Below are positions 47,704 to 58,208 of a stretch of DNA of 64,000 nt, piece after piece. The notes below the pieces were generated by a model. The model was not told the origin of the DNA, ran no database searches, and saw nothing but the letters and a program-made list of their open reading frames with translations. A program made the translations under genes and the position numbers. Numbering within the stretch: position 1 is the first letter of the stretch; each line of letters opens with the position of its first letter. Where the stretch lies: the NCBI GenBank assembly GCA_024277065.1, contig JAJRVY010000272.1, positions 6,767 through 70,766 of the forward strand, in the 5' to 3' direction. This DNA is from Planctomycetota bacterium (GTDB lineage: Bacteria > Planctomycetota > JAJSAM01 > JAJVHW01).

Positions 47704-47735
47704 ACGCGGGGGGCGCGGCAGCGCCCCCCGTTTCC
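47704..47735 (+). terminator. Rho-independent terminator after pnp.
   Basis: GCGGGGGGCGC-ggca-GCGCCCCCCG stem followed by TTT. An additional hairpin GCGTGC-agg-GCACGC lies at 47666-47680. Confidence 0.65.
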
Positions 47736-47981
47736 GATTCCGTGTCCGAAGTCGCTGCCGCACCCGGATCGGACATAGCGGGCGGCGGCCAGAGTGCGCA
47801 GGGCACGGACGATCCGCCGCGATTCGACGGGTCGGCGTCCGATCCCGCATCCGCCCCGGATTCGGCCGTCGAGAGGGAAGCGCTGACCGAGCCTGGGCGC
47901 AGCCTGTGAGCCGTCGCGGTGTCGAGTCCGCTGCGGGGCTCGTCGCCGCCATGGCGGTTCGCGACCGATCCGGTGCCTCCT

Positions 47982-47997
47982 TGGCATCCGCCTGGCG
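47982..47997 (+). promoter_or_regulatory. Candidate sigma54 (-24/-12) promoter upstream of the 48016 operon.
   Basis: TGGCAT-N5-TGGCG compared with the consensus TGGCAC-N5-TTGCA (GG and GC at correct spacing). It lies about 20 nt before the GTG start. Confidence 0.25.
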
Positions 47998-48015
47998 GAC
48001 ATCTAGCATTCCGAC

Positions 48016-50487
48016 GTGCAACGTCGGATTCGCCGTGGCCTCGTCGGATTGAGCCTGGGGCTGGTCTTCGTATCCGCCACAGCCCTGGCGCAGACGGAGC
48101 ATACCGACATCGTGATCTGTCCCCCGGTCGAGGGCGACATCACGCTCGACGGGCAGCTCGACGAGTGGGTGCGCGGCCCCGAGATCCGCCTCGGCGAGGC
48201 GGATCTCGTCAAGCGCGACCCGCAATACCTCGGCGAGGGCGACCTCTCCGGCGAGATCTACGTCGCGCGCGACAGCACGACGCTCTACGTGGCAGGTCGC
48301 ATCCAGGACGACACGCTCTTCTGGAACCCGCGCGTGCCCTGGCTCGGCGACGGGGTGGAGATCTTCCTCGACTTCCACCCCGACCCGATGTCGCGCACGC
48401 CGGACTCGACCTACGACAGCTACACGAGCCAGATCATCCTCCACCCACTCGCGCGTGAGGTGCGCTGGAGTTTCTCCAGGTACCGCGGCAAGGAAGGGCA
48501 GATGGACGATCCCGTGGACGGCATCCGGCTCGCCGGACTGCCGCTCCGCGACGCGCGCGGCGCCACCGTCGGCTACACCTTCGAGATCGCCCTCCCGTTC
48601 TCGAACTTCACCGACGAGGAGCTCACGGAAGGTCGCGTGCTCGGCTTCGACGTCGCGCTCTCGGACTCCGACGGGCTGCCCGAACAGAAGAACTACGCCA
48701 CGAGCTCGGGCAAGTCCGGCCTCGCGCAGTTCGTGGACCGCATGGGCCGGATGCGACTCGGCCCGGACCCCGAACCCCGCGGCGGGGATGGCTCGTCGGG
48801 AGCACGAGGGCTCTCTCCGACGGGCCCGCTCGCCGTGCTCTGCGCGGTCCTCGGCGCCCTTCTCTTCCTCTGGCTCGGACGACTGACGACTCCCGGCGGC
48901 AGACGACTCGCCGCGCTGCTCGACCGCGTTCGTCGCATCCGTCTACGGCCCAAGGTCATCGCCGTCGTCGTCGTGGTCGTGTTGCTCGCGGTCGCGCGTC
49001 TCGTCGGCGACTACGCATCGTCGCGGCTGGCGGATCGCGACGTGGCGACGCACCGTGAGCTCGTGGACCGCCTGCGCCGCGCCACCGCCGAAGCACGCCG
49101 CCTGGGACTGCTCGATGCGCCGCCCGAGGCCGAGGACGACCCCGTGCTGCGCCTGCTCAGCGGCCGCAGCGTGCAGCCGCCGACGCGCTACGACTACTCG
49201 CTCGTCCCGGTCACCGACGAGGTCCCCCATCGTACGGCCGACGGCACACCGTTCCTCCGCAGGGACATCCCGGCGCAGGGCGTGCGGCCGCTCGCGTTCA
49301 TCGTGCAGCCGGCCATCCGGGCGCGCCGCGCGACGTTCGTCTACTCCTGGCACGCCGCCGCCGGCGCGTCGGCGGCGCCGGAGGACGAGACGCCGCTCGC
49401 CGAGGTGCGCCTCGTCCACGAAGACGGGCGCGTCGCGCCGGCCGTCGAGATCCTGACCGGCCGGCATGTCGCACCGTTCGCCGACGAGACCGCCGCGCCA
49501 CCCGAGGCGCAGCCGGCATTCACGGGCACCGTGCCCTTCTTCGCCAGCCGCGGCCGCGCGTACGAACTCACGGTGGAGGTCCCACGCGAAGGAGACGACG
49601 CCCCCATCGTCCGCGTCGAGCTCGACAGCCGCTCTCCCATCGGGACCTTCGTGCTGCACGGGGTGACGCTCGATGCCGGCGACGGGACTCCGCCGCGCAC
49701 GCTGCGTCTGGGACGCGCCACCGACGCCGGCGTCCCGACGACAGCCTCGCCGTTCCCCTCCACGGCGGCGCTGGCGACACTCGACGCGCAGCACGACTGG
49801 ACGGTGCTGCGCGACCTGGACGTGCCGGCCGACCGCCTCTGGTTGATCGCCGCGCTGCGCAGCAGTCCCCCGGATCATCGCTTCCGCGCGCCGGTGCTCA
49901 CCGTGGAGGCGGTATTCGACGACGGCTCCATCGACGGCCCGTTCCGCGTCGAGAACGGGATCTCGATCGAGTCCGAGACTCTCCCGGCGCGTCAGCACGC
50001 GGCCACGTTCCGTTCGACGGTGGCTCTCGAGTGGGGCCTGCCCGGTGAGGCACGGCGACATTTCGACGTGATGTCGATCCCTCTCGAGCGCACCGGACGC
50101 CGCCTCTCCGAACTCCAGTTGCGTTTCACCGGCGAGAACGAGGTCGTGCGCATCGCGGGCATCACCGCGGGTGCCGAGACCCCTGCCGCTCCGCCGCAGG
50201 ACGTGCAGTACCTCGAGGAGGGACCGGACGGTTTCAGGCTGCCGCGGCCCGACCTCGAGGCGCTCGCGGGCCTGTCCTTCACGCTCTATCGCAACGGGAC
50301 CGCCATCGGCACGACGCTGCCGGACGAGAGCCGCGACCGCTCACTGGCCCGCCGCCTGACCGCGGCGCAGTTCGAGGCGCTCACGGCGAATGACGCCGGC
50401 GTCCACGAGCCCCGCGTCTCCGATGGCGAGCGCCAGCACGCGTTGCTCGTGCCGCTCGCCGGCGGCGCGCGTGGCGACGTCCTCTAG
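48016..50487 (+). CDS. Membrane-associated protein with an N-terminal carbohydrate-binding (CBM9/DOMON-like) module.
   Basis: Signal peptide, two hydrophobic segments (PLAVLCAVLGALLFLWL, VIAVVVVVVLLAV) and a large C-terminal extracytoplasmic domain. TAGATG junction with the downstream regulator. Confidence 0.6.
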   Translation: MQRRIRRGLVGLSLGLVFVSATALAQTEHTDIVICPPVEGDITLDGQLDEWVRGPEIRLGEADLVKRDPQYLGEGDLSGEIYVARDSTTLYVAGRIQDDTLFWNPRVPWLGDGVEIFLDFHPDPMSRTPDSTYDSYTSQIILHPLAREVRWSFSRYRGKEGQMDDPVDGIRLAGLPLRDARGATVGYTFEIALPFSNFTDEELTEGRVLGFDVALSDSDGLPEQKNYATSSGKSGLAQFVDRMGRMRLGPDPEPRGGDGSSGARGLSPTGPLAVLCAVLGALLFLWLGRLTTPGGRRLAALLDRVRRIRLRPKVIAVVVVVVLLAVARLVGDYASSRLADRDVATHRELVDRLRRATAEARRLGLLDAPPEAEDDPVLRLLSGRSVQPPTRYDYSLVPVTDEVPHRTADGTPFLRRDIPAQGVRPLAFIVQPAIRARRATFVYSWHAAAGASAAPEDETPLAEVRLVHEDGRVAPAVEILTGRHVAPFADETAAPPEAQPAFTGTVPFFASRGRAYELTVEVPREGDDAPIVRVELDSRSPIGTFVLHGVTLDAGDGTPPRTLRLGRATDAGVPTTASPFPSTAALATLDAQHDWTVLRDLDVPADRLWLIAALRSSPPDHRFRAPVLTVEAVFDDGSIDGPFRVENGISIESETLPARQHAATFRSTVALEWGLPGEARRHFDVMSIPLERTGRRLSELQLRFTGENEVVRIAGITAGAETPAAPPQDVQYLEEGPDGFRLPRPDLEALAGLSFTLYRNGTAIGTTLPDESRDRSLARRLTAAQFEALTANDAGVHEPRVSDGERQHALLVPLAGGARGDVL

Positions 50488-53400
50488 ATGGTGTGGCGCA
50501 GCGACTCCGCGGGTCGCATCGACAACGCCGTCGCCGTCGCGCGCGGCGTGCTGGCGGCGCTGCTCCTGCCTCTGCTCGTACTCATCGCAGCCGACCTCGC
50601 GCTGCGCATCGCATCGCTCCACATGCGCCTCGTGGCGACGTTCGCCGCGGCGGTCGCCGTGCCCATCGCACTGGCGGTGTTCGCCGTGCCGCACCTCGTC
50701 GGGGCGAAGATCGAGGGCGTCGAGGAGGAGGCGGTGCTGGAGAAGGCGCAGGCCGTGCTGCGGCGCCTGACCGCCCTGCGATCCGTCGCGCGGCAGAGCG
50801 CCGAGTCCGCCCTTGGCTACGAAGGGTTGCAGGACGCCCTGCGCCGCCGCGACGCCGAGGACTACGCTGCCGCCGTCGCGGCGGCGCTGCGCGATGCAGA
50901 GCGACTCGTCACGGCGGCCGATGGCGGCGAGGTGCGCGTCGCCCTCGAGGTCTCGCCGCCTCCGGGCAGCGGCGGCGAGCCGCTCGTCTTTCCGGAGCAG
51001 GCGCGCTGGACGGTGTTCAAGAACCCGCTCGTGAACATGAGCGACGCGTTCGCCAAGCGGTGGTCGCGCCTCTACGCGAGCGGTGTGGCGAAGCGCTTCG
51101 ACGCCGAGGGTTGGAGCACTTCGCTCGTCGTGGAACTGCCGCTCGAACACGCGGCGCTCCAGGAGGCCGCCCGCGCCGCAGGCGGTGGCGTGCAGGTTCT
51201 GCTCTACGCGCCGAGCGGCTTCCCACTCGCGGCGACACTCGACGCGCGCGACCAGGAAGCCACGCCTGAGCGCAAGCGCAAGCAGGCGGTGCTGCGACGC
51301 GTGCTTGCGGCGCAGCAGCCGATCGTCGAGCCGTTCGCCATGCGCGGCAACCTCTACACCGTGGCCTACGACGTGCTGCGCGAGGGTGCCGATCCGGTGT
51401 GTCTCGTCGCCACGGCGCTGCCGCGCGCGGGCACCGATGCGCTCGTGCGCCGCGTCGAGTCCGTCTCGCTGATGATCTTCGGCGTGGGCATCGTCATGCA
51501 GTTCCTGCTGGCGGTGCTCGTCGTCGGCGGCGCGACGCGACGCTTCGAGCGCACGCTCGGGCGGGCGCGCCTCGCGACGCAGCACACGGACAACGCCGGG
51601 CACGACGATCTCACGGCACTCGACGAAGTCCTGCGCGAGCTGCGGCGTGATCGGGACGTGTACCGTACCGAACTGGCGCAGCTCCACGAGGCCGTCGAGG
51701 CGCTGTCGATCGCACGTTCGCCGGACGAAGTCGTCGAGGCGGCTCTGGGCGTCGTGCGCGGCGCCATCGCGCCGTGGGGCGCGCTGATCGTCGTCGGCGG
51801 CGATCGGGAGTCGGCCGAGCTCCTCGGCGGCTTCCACGGCAGCGAGGGCGTCGGCCCCGCGCGGCTCCGTCTGCACGAGGACGGCGTTCTCTCGAAGATC
51901 GTGCGCGGCGGACGCGAGTGGCGCGGTGCGGCGACGGAGTTCGGCGACGGACCGGCCCGGGTCACCATCGCCGGTGCGGCGCAGCGGCTCGAGGCGTACC
52001 CGCTCGGGGGCGTCGGCGGACCGGGCGGCGCGCTGCTTCTCCTGCACGACGCAGCGACACGTCCGAAGACCTACCACCCGGAGTTCGCGGCGGCCCTCGC
52101 GCAGCACGCAGGCCAGGCCCTCAGCAGCGCGAGGCTGGTCCGTCTCGCCGTGCACGACCAGGAGTCGGGCGCCTACGTCGGGAAGTACTTCGAGCAGCGA
52201 CTCGCCCAAGAGGTGGATCACGCCGTCGCCGCCAAGCGCTCGATCGCGGTGCTCCTGGTCAGGGTGGACGGCATCGCACCCGGCCCCGGTGGTGGTCGCG
52301 ACCGCAGCCGGCTCGCCGCTGCGATCCGTGATCGCGCACCCGCCCGCGCCTTTCTCGGGCAGTACGAGAGCGGCGTGCTCGGTGTCGCGGTGCCGGAGAC
52401 GGATCGCGCCGGCGCGGAGGCTTTCGCGCGAGACATGCAACGCTCGGCGAGCGACTTCGGGTCGAGCCCGGCGGCGGTCTCCATCGGCCTCGCCGCGTGT
52501 CCGGAGGACGCCGGGAGCTGTGAGTTCCTGCTCGCCGAGGCGCGGCGGGCGCTGGCCGGCACGGCGCTCGAGAGCTCCGGCGACGGCGACGCGATGGAGG
52601 ATCGCCAGCGACGCCTGGTCGAAGACGCCCGCGCACTCGGCGCCGTGTTCCGGAGCGAGAAGGGCATCCACCTGCTCGAGACGATCGAGCGTATCGCGGC
52701 GAGCAACCTCACGATCCTCATCGAGGGCGAGACGGGTGTCGGCAAGGAGGTCGTCGCCGACCTGATCCATCGCAAGAGCGCGCGCGGCGCCCGCCCGCTC
52801 GTCAAGATCAACTGCGCGGCACTACCCGACACCCTGCTCGAGAGCGAGCTCTTCGGCTACGAACCCGGTGCGTTCACCGGCGCCGATCGCCTCAAGCCCG
52901 GGCGCTTCGAACTGGCCGACGGCGGGACCATCTTCCTCGACGAGATCGGCGACATCCCGCAGGCGACGCAGGTCAAGCTGCTGAACGTTCTGGAGGACCG
53001 CGTGGTCGAGCACCTGGGCGGCACGCGCCCGATCCCGGTGGACGTTCGCGTCATCGCCGCCACGAACCGCGATCTGCGTGGTGAGATCGCCGCCGGGCGG
53101 TTCCGCGAGGACCTCTACTACCGCCTCAACGGCGTGGGCATCGCCGTTCCGCCGCTGCGCGCCCGCAAGGAGGACATCCCCGCGCTCGCCCGCGACATCG
53201 TGCGGCGGGCCGCCGAGAGCGCCGGCAGGCGCCCGCCCGAGATCTCCCCGGACGCGATGGACACCCTGTACCGCCATCCGTGGCCGGGCAACGTCCGTTA
53301 ACTCCGCAACGCTCTCGAGCAGGCCGTCGTGCTCTCCGCCGGGGAGGTGCTCCGCGCGAGCGACATCCGCCCCGCGCTCCAGGCATCGACGGCGCGATGG

Positions 53401-53637
53401 ACGTCGCGGCGCCCCGCCGCGTCGCCGGCCGCCCGGCGCGCCACGAACGAGCTGTCGGATCGCCAGCGCCGCGTGCTCCAGATCCTCGCCGAACAGGAGT
53501 GGCTGACGAACACCGAGTACTGCGAGCTCGTCGGGATCTCGACACGCACCGGTCTGCGCGATCTCAAGGAGCTCATCGAACGTGGGCTCGTCGCCATGGA
53601 AGGCAAGCGCCGCGGCGCACGCTACCGCCTGCGCTGA
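50488..53637 (+). pseudogene. Sigma54-dependent transcriptional activator (TM sensor, GAF, degenerate GGDEF, AAA+ and HTH domains) interrupted by an in-frame TAA at 53299-53301.
   Basis: [23 protein letters not shown] and WPGNVR[TAA]LRNALEQAVVL. The stop replaces the Glu of the RELxN motif. The downstream same-frame ORF 53329..53637 carries the HTH (LTNTEYCELVGISTRTGLRDL). Confidence 0.7.
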
Positions 53638-53789
53638 CGTCGCATACGCCCGCGAGTTGCAGAAGGTCGCCCGTGGGAGGGCGAATTGGGTAGTCTTGCG
53701 ACATCGTCCGCGCATGTTCGCAGCATGGAACGTCCGCGCCGCCGCTGCGGCGCAGGACACGCGCGGACGCCGACCAGGAGGAAAACGGT

Positions 53790-55253
53790 ATGAGAATCCG
53801 CAAGAGAACGGTCCTGACGCTCGTCGCGCCGGCGCTGCTGGCGCTGTCCGTGCCGGCGCTGGGCGAGACGACGATCGACTCGGAGTTGCAGGTATCGGTC
53901 GCCAAGGGCACGAAGTTCGTCGTCCAGGCCGATGTCACGATGTCGAACAGCGGCCAAGTCACGCTCGCCGGCACGCTCGGCTCCAAGCAGTTCTCGTTCA
54001 AGAAGAAGTTCAAGACCAAGGCCGGCCGGAGCAAGTCCAAGACGGTCAAGTTCACGGTCGATCCCAAGAAGATCGGCCTGCGCGACCTCACCGACACTCT
54101 GATCCTGCGGGCGGCCGTGTCGGCCAAGGAAGACGGTGAGGCCGAGCCGGTGACGGCGGTCGGCGGCGCGGCGCTGCCCCCGCCGCTGATGATCGTGCCC
54201 GGTCTCGGCAACGAGCTCCCGCCGGACCAGTTCAAGCTCATCTACAACCCGTTCCGTGACGCCCTCAACGAGAACGGCGGAGGCGTCTGGATCGCCAGGG
54301 GCAAGCGCGCGACGATCCGCACGCAGAAGTACTTCAGCACGAGCTTCCCCATCGAGCAGCTCGGCGCCGCGGTCGCCAAGCAGGGCGCGAAGATGCTGAA
54401 GAAGTCGAGGCTCTTCGCGCGCATGGACTTCATCGGGCAGTCGACCGGCGGTCTCGTGATCCGGCAGGCGATGGTGCCGATCGCCAGGGGCAAGGGGAAG
54501 GGCCCCGTCTCGTTGGCCGGACAGGTACGCCAGGTGTTCTTCATGGGCGCGCCGCAGTCCGGGACGCCGATCGCTTTCCTCGCCCGTCAGGCTCTCATCG
54601 GCACGATGGACCTCCCCAACGGGGTCCGCGAGCGCGCGCTCGCGGAGATTCAGGACTCCCTCGTCGCCAGCGTGGACAGTCCCACCGCGGCCAGCCTCGC
54701 CGGTCTGCTGCTGCGCCCGGCTCGCAAGCAGGGCCAGACGCCGCCGTTCCTCGGCGTGGTCGATCTCTTCCTGCCGACGTACCCCTTCGCCACGATCCCG
54801 GTCGGCGCGAACACGACGGCGACGATCGATCTCCCGACGCTCACCGGCCTGTCCGGTACGCCGCTGACCCCGATCCTCGCCGGGCTGAACGGCGTGGCCC
54901 CCGACCCGAACACGACGTACTACGCTCTCTACTACAGCGACGTGATCGAAGCCACGGGCGCCGTGCGGTCGGTGGACGGGCTCGACATGATCGCGTTCGT
55001 CGCGGGCGGATCGTCGGACAGTTCGCTAATCCAGTCCGTCAACGGCGCCGGCGACGGCCTCGCGACGAGAACCAGCACGCTGATGACCGCCCATCCCGCT
55101 TGGAACGCCGTGCTGCAGGCCCTCGACCTCGGTCCCGGGCTGCACAGTATCGATCCCGCGCGTCCGAGCCTTCCGGCGTACTACAACGATCCCAACGTCC
55201 TCGGGTTCATCCTGCCGCGGTTGCTCTCCCCGACGACGGTGTCGAAGCAGTAG
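53790..55253 (+). CDS. Secreted alpha/beta-hydrolase (lipase/esterase-like) with an N-terminal beta-rich domain.
   Basis: AGGAGG RBS. Signal peptide. GQSTG nucleophile elbow (GxSxG). Confidence 0.65.
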   Translation: MRIRKRTVLTLVAPALLALSVPALGETTIDSELQVSVAKGTKFVVQADVTMSNSGQVTLAGTLGSKQFSFKKKFKTKAGRSKSKTVKFTVDPKKIGLRDLTDTLILRAAVSAKEDGEAEPVTAVGGAALPPPLMIVPGLGNELPPDQFKLIYNPFRDALNENGGGVWIARGKRATIRTQKYFSTSFPIEQLGAAVAKQGAKMLKKSRLFARMDFIGQSTGGLVIRQAMVPIARGKGKGPVSLAGQVRQVFFMGAPQSGTPIAFLARQALIGTMDLPNGVRERALAEIQDSLVASVDSPTAASLAGLLLRPARKQGQTPPFLGVVDLFLPTYPFATIPVGANTTATIDLPTLTGLSGTPLTPILAGLNGVAPDPNTTYYALYYSDVIEATGAVRSVDGLDMIAFVAGGSSDSSLIQSVNGAGDGLATRTSTLMTAHPAWNAVLQALDLGPGLHSIDPARPSLPAYYNDPNVLGFILPRLLSPTTVSKQ

Positions 55254-55333
55254 CCCGACAAGACGCGCCGTCGGGCAACATCGAGGCGCACGCGGCCCTG
55301 CCGCGTGCGCCTCGCGCCAGAAGAAGGGACGGC

Positions 55334-55371
55334 CGCAACCTACGGGCTCGAGCGCAACCTACGGGCTCGAG
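55334..55371. repeat. Perfect 19-bp tandem duplication (GCAACCTACGGGCTCGAGC x2) in a convergent intergenic region.
   Basis: Two copies read directly at 55334-55352 and 55353-55371. Confidence 0.7.
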
Positions 55372-55805
55372 CAACGAACGGCCACCGACCGGCGACGCAG
55401 CAGAGGCATCCACGGCGCCGCTCCACACGCCACGCCCGCGCTGTCACGACGCCGCGCCCGCGTGAGGTCCGCGTGATGTGCCATTGCACCGATAGGGTGG
55501 GTACGTCGTAGCGAGGGCGTGAACAAGGACCGCGTTTTCGGCCCCACCGCCCCCCCCCCGCCACGCCAACCCGGCACCCCGGATCGTGCGTATCCCGGTG
55601 TAGGGGCGACCCTACGTGGTCGTCCCCGAAGGGGCCGGGCATTGGTCCCGGCCCCGGAGGTTCGATCACCGCCTCGGCAACGGCATACCCAGGCGGGCGC
55701 AGCCCGCCCCACGAGCGGGGACGCGCCACCAACAACAACGGCGCAGGGCCGGCAGGTTTCCCTGCCGGCCCCATGGATCCGGTCCGGTCCGGTCGATCCG
55801 CCGCG

Positions 55806-57944
55806 CTAGTTGACGCGGTGGGCGGTCATGACCTCGGCACGCTGTTCGTCGCTGAGTTTGGTGGCCCCCAGGGCGCCGCCGGCAGCCGTGCGGACGGCGA
55901 CGCTGTCGTCGCCCATCGCCTCGAGCAGTGCCTTGAAGGCGCCGTCCGAGACTTCCTGTCCGCGCAGGGCCGTACCGAGCGCCTTGGCGGCGGCGGCACG
56001 GATGTCGGCACTGTTGTCGCTGCGCGCGACGACGCCCGCCAGGGTGTCGATCGCGTCGTTGTCGGCGATGTTCGCCAGGGCGCCGAGCGCCGCGAGGCGC
56101 ACGTCGTCAGCCGCGCCGTCGCGCAGAGCCGCGAGCAGGCCCGGCTGGGCATCCTTCAGCATGAAGGCGCGGCCGCGCACGCCGGCAAGGGCGTTGCTGG
56201 CGCGCACCGAGAGGCCGTTGGCCATCGCCGCGTTGCGATCCGTGCCGTCGCCGAGCGCGGCCTTGACGGCGTTGATGACGCCGACGGAGTCGTCACTCGT
56301 GGGCGCGGCACCGGCGATGCCGCGGCTCTCGAAGTCGGAGGTGGCCGCGCCGAGGTCGGCGTTCGCCGCCATGACGACCGTCTTGATGCGGTCGGTGCGG
56401 AAGTCGCGCTTCAACTCGTCGAGCACCTGGAACGTCGTGATGTCGCCGAGCGTGTCGCGCACGACGATGGCGTCGAACGCGCCCGTCGCCTTGGCGATCA
56501 TGAGGCCCTCGGCGCCGGACTGCGCCGCGACGACGTGATAGCCGGCCCCGTTCAGCGCCCGCTGCACGTTCATGGCGTTCTTGCTGTCGCTGTCGATCAC
56601 GAGCACCTGCTGGATCGCGGCCTCGGACGCCGCGTCGCCCGCGGCCTTCGCCACGAGGTTCGACATCGGGAACGACTTGCCGGGGTCCAAACGGAGCAGC
56701 GCGATGGCGGCGCCGTAGCGGATGGTCTTGTCGGCGTTCGTGAGCGCCTCGGTGAGGGCGTTGCCACCGGCGAGCTCACAGCCGCAGGCGACGCCGAGAT
56801 CGGCGATGGCGCTGCAGATCATGCTGGCGGCGTCGCCGTGCTTCATGTGGACGGCCATGGCGAGGGCGTCCATGAGGCCCGCGGTGCCCGTCGATGCAGC
56901 CAGTGCGGCGGCACCGTCGAGAGCGGCCTTCGTCTCGGCGAGTCCCTCGCTGGCCTTGGCCTCGTCGCCGAGGGCGTCCCACGCCGACAGTTCCGCGTAC
57001 ACGGTGACGGCGATCATCGAACGCGCCTTGCCGAGCGCCGGGTTCAGTGCGAGGGCGTCGTAGCAGGCCTGTTCCGCCATCTCGTACTGGTAGAGGAACT
57101 GCGGTACGTCGCGGCTCGTGAGCTCGCCGTCCACGGCGCTCCAGACCGTGTAGGTCCCGTCGTAGTTCAGGAGCGTCTGTGCATCGCCGTGGAAGTACAT
57201 CATCGCCAGGTGCAGGTACGCCTCGGCGGCATCGCCGTCACCGCCGAGCTTCGCGGCGGCAGCCGCTGCGGACTCGGCGGCCATGCCCTCACCGCCCGCG
57301 GCGGCGAGAAGTGCCGGAAGTGCGCGGTGGTCGCCGATACGGCCGAGCACCTCGGCGGCGTTGCGGCGCTGCATGTCGTTGCCCGTCGCCAACCCGGCGG
57401 CGAGTGGCGTGACGGCATCCATGCCGACGCGCGACAGCGCGATGATCGCGTTGGCGCGGGCATCGATGTCGTTCGACCCCAGGTAGTTGAGCAGCGCCGG
57501 GACGGCGTACTCGCCGTGGGACGCGACGATCTGATGCACGGCGCGCATACGCTCGCCCAGATCCTTGCCGCGCACGGCCTGCGTGACAAGCGCCTTGATG
57601 GCGGCTTCGTCCTGCGACTTCGCCGTCTCGGACTGGTGGGACAGATCCAGGAGGCGCGCGGCCACCTGTTCCGAGTTCCCGCCGGCCTTGAGCATCTCGA
57701 GGAACACGCGGAAATCGGTGGACTTCACCAGGTTGTACGCGTCATCGCTGCTCGGATCGGCCGCCAGAACGGCCCGGAACTTCGCGTTCGCGTCCTCGGT
57801 CTTGCCGCGCTTGAGCAGCTCGACGCCGTCCTTGAGGAGATCTTCCATCTCGCCGGCGACGGCACGCGTCGGAGCAACGAGGAAGCCCACGGAGGCGACC
57901 AGCGCAGCCGTCGCGAGCGAACGCTTCATGAACCGCAACATCAT
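55806..57944 (-). CDS. Secreted HEAT-repeat protein with an embedded receiver (REC)-like domain.
   Basis: GGGAGGG RBS. Signal peptide MMLRFMKRSLATAALVASVGFLVAPTRAVA. Multiple HEAT/PBS-lyase repeats. Central segment VLVIDSDSKNAMNVQRALNGAGYHVVAAQSGAEGL...AIVVRD...TVVMAAN resembles a CheY-like fold. Confidence 0.6.
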   Translation of the reverse strand: MMLRFMKRSLATAALVASVGFLVAPTRAVAGEMEDLLKDGVELLKRGKTEDANAKFRAVLAADPSSDDAYNLVKSTDFRVFLEMLKAGGNSEQVAARLLDLSHQSETAKSQDEAAIKALVTQAVRGKDLGERMRAVHQIVASHGEYAVPALLNYLGSNDIDARANAIIALSRVGMDAVTPLAAGLATGNDMQRRNAAEVLGRIGDHRALPALLAAAGGEGMAAESAAAAAAKLGGDGDAAEAYLHLAMMYFHGDAQTLLNYDGTYTVWSAVDGELTSRDVPQFLYQYEMAEQACYDALALNPALGKARSMIAVTVYAELSAWDALGDEAKASEGLAETKAALDGAAALAASTGTAGLMDALAMAVHMKHGDAASMICSAIADLGVACGCELAGGNALTEALTNADKTIRYGAAIALLRLDPGKSFPMSNLVAKAAGDAASEAAIQQVLVIDSDSKNAMNVQRALNGAGYHVVAAQSGAEGLMIAKATGAFDAIVVRDTLGDITTFQVLDELKRDFRTDRIKTVVMAANADLGAATSDFESRGIAGAAPTSDDSVGVINAVKAALGDGTDRNAAMANGLSVRASNALAGVRGRAFMLKDAQPGLLAALRDGAADDVRLAALGALANIADNDAIDTLAGVVARSDNSADIRAAAAKALGTALRGQEVSDGAFKALLEAMGDDSVAVRTAAGGALGATKLSDEQRAEVMTAHRVN

Positions 57945-58047
57945 CCCAATGCCCTCCCTGTGGCCATCCGTGGAGCCGGAATGGCGCGCACGAAGTCCTG
58001 TCGTTTACCCCACTTACGGCGACTCCGTACGTCCGAAAGCGAGGCGG

Positions 58048-58075
58048 ATACTAGGTGGCACAAAAACGGTGGCAA
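58048..58075 (-). promoter_or_regulatory. Candidate sigma70 promoter for the 55806-57944 gene.
   Basis: On the minus strand: TTGCCA (-35), 16-nt spacer, TAGTAT (-10), about 95 nt upstream of the ATG. Confidence 0.25.
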
Positions 58076-58208
58076 TCAAAAAACCCAAGCACGGAAGACC
58101 CATGCGGAGCGTGTTTTAGCGCCTTCCGGGTCGCTGCTGCAAGGGGCCTTTCGGGGCTTCTCGACTCGGATCCTCGCCGCAGCCGGATCCGAGCCTGGAA
58201 CGCGCGCC

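Noticed and set aside
50341-52770. 809-aa minus-strand ORF, and likewise 21992..24652(+), 23121..24611(-), 25080..27545(+), 59935..61209(-), 40635..42536(+).
   Set aside because: All are antisense or alternate frames of well-supported genes. They are R/A/G/P-rich with no motifs.
53299-53301. TAA in the sigma54 activator as programmed recoding.
   Set aside because: TAA is not used for Sec or Pyl. With no frameshift signal, a nonsense mutation or base error is the simpler explanation.
55600-55700. tRNA-like fragment with a GGTTCGATC T-loop-like sequence.
   Set aside because: No acceptor or D-arm could be built. The anticodon-loop candidate lacks U33. More consistent with terminator hairpins.
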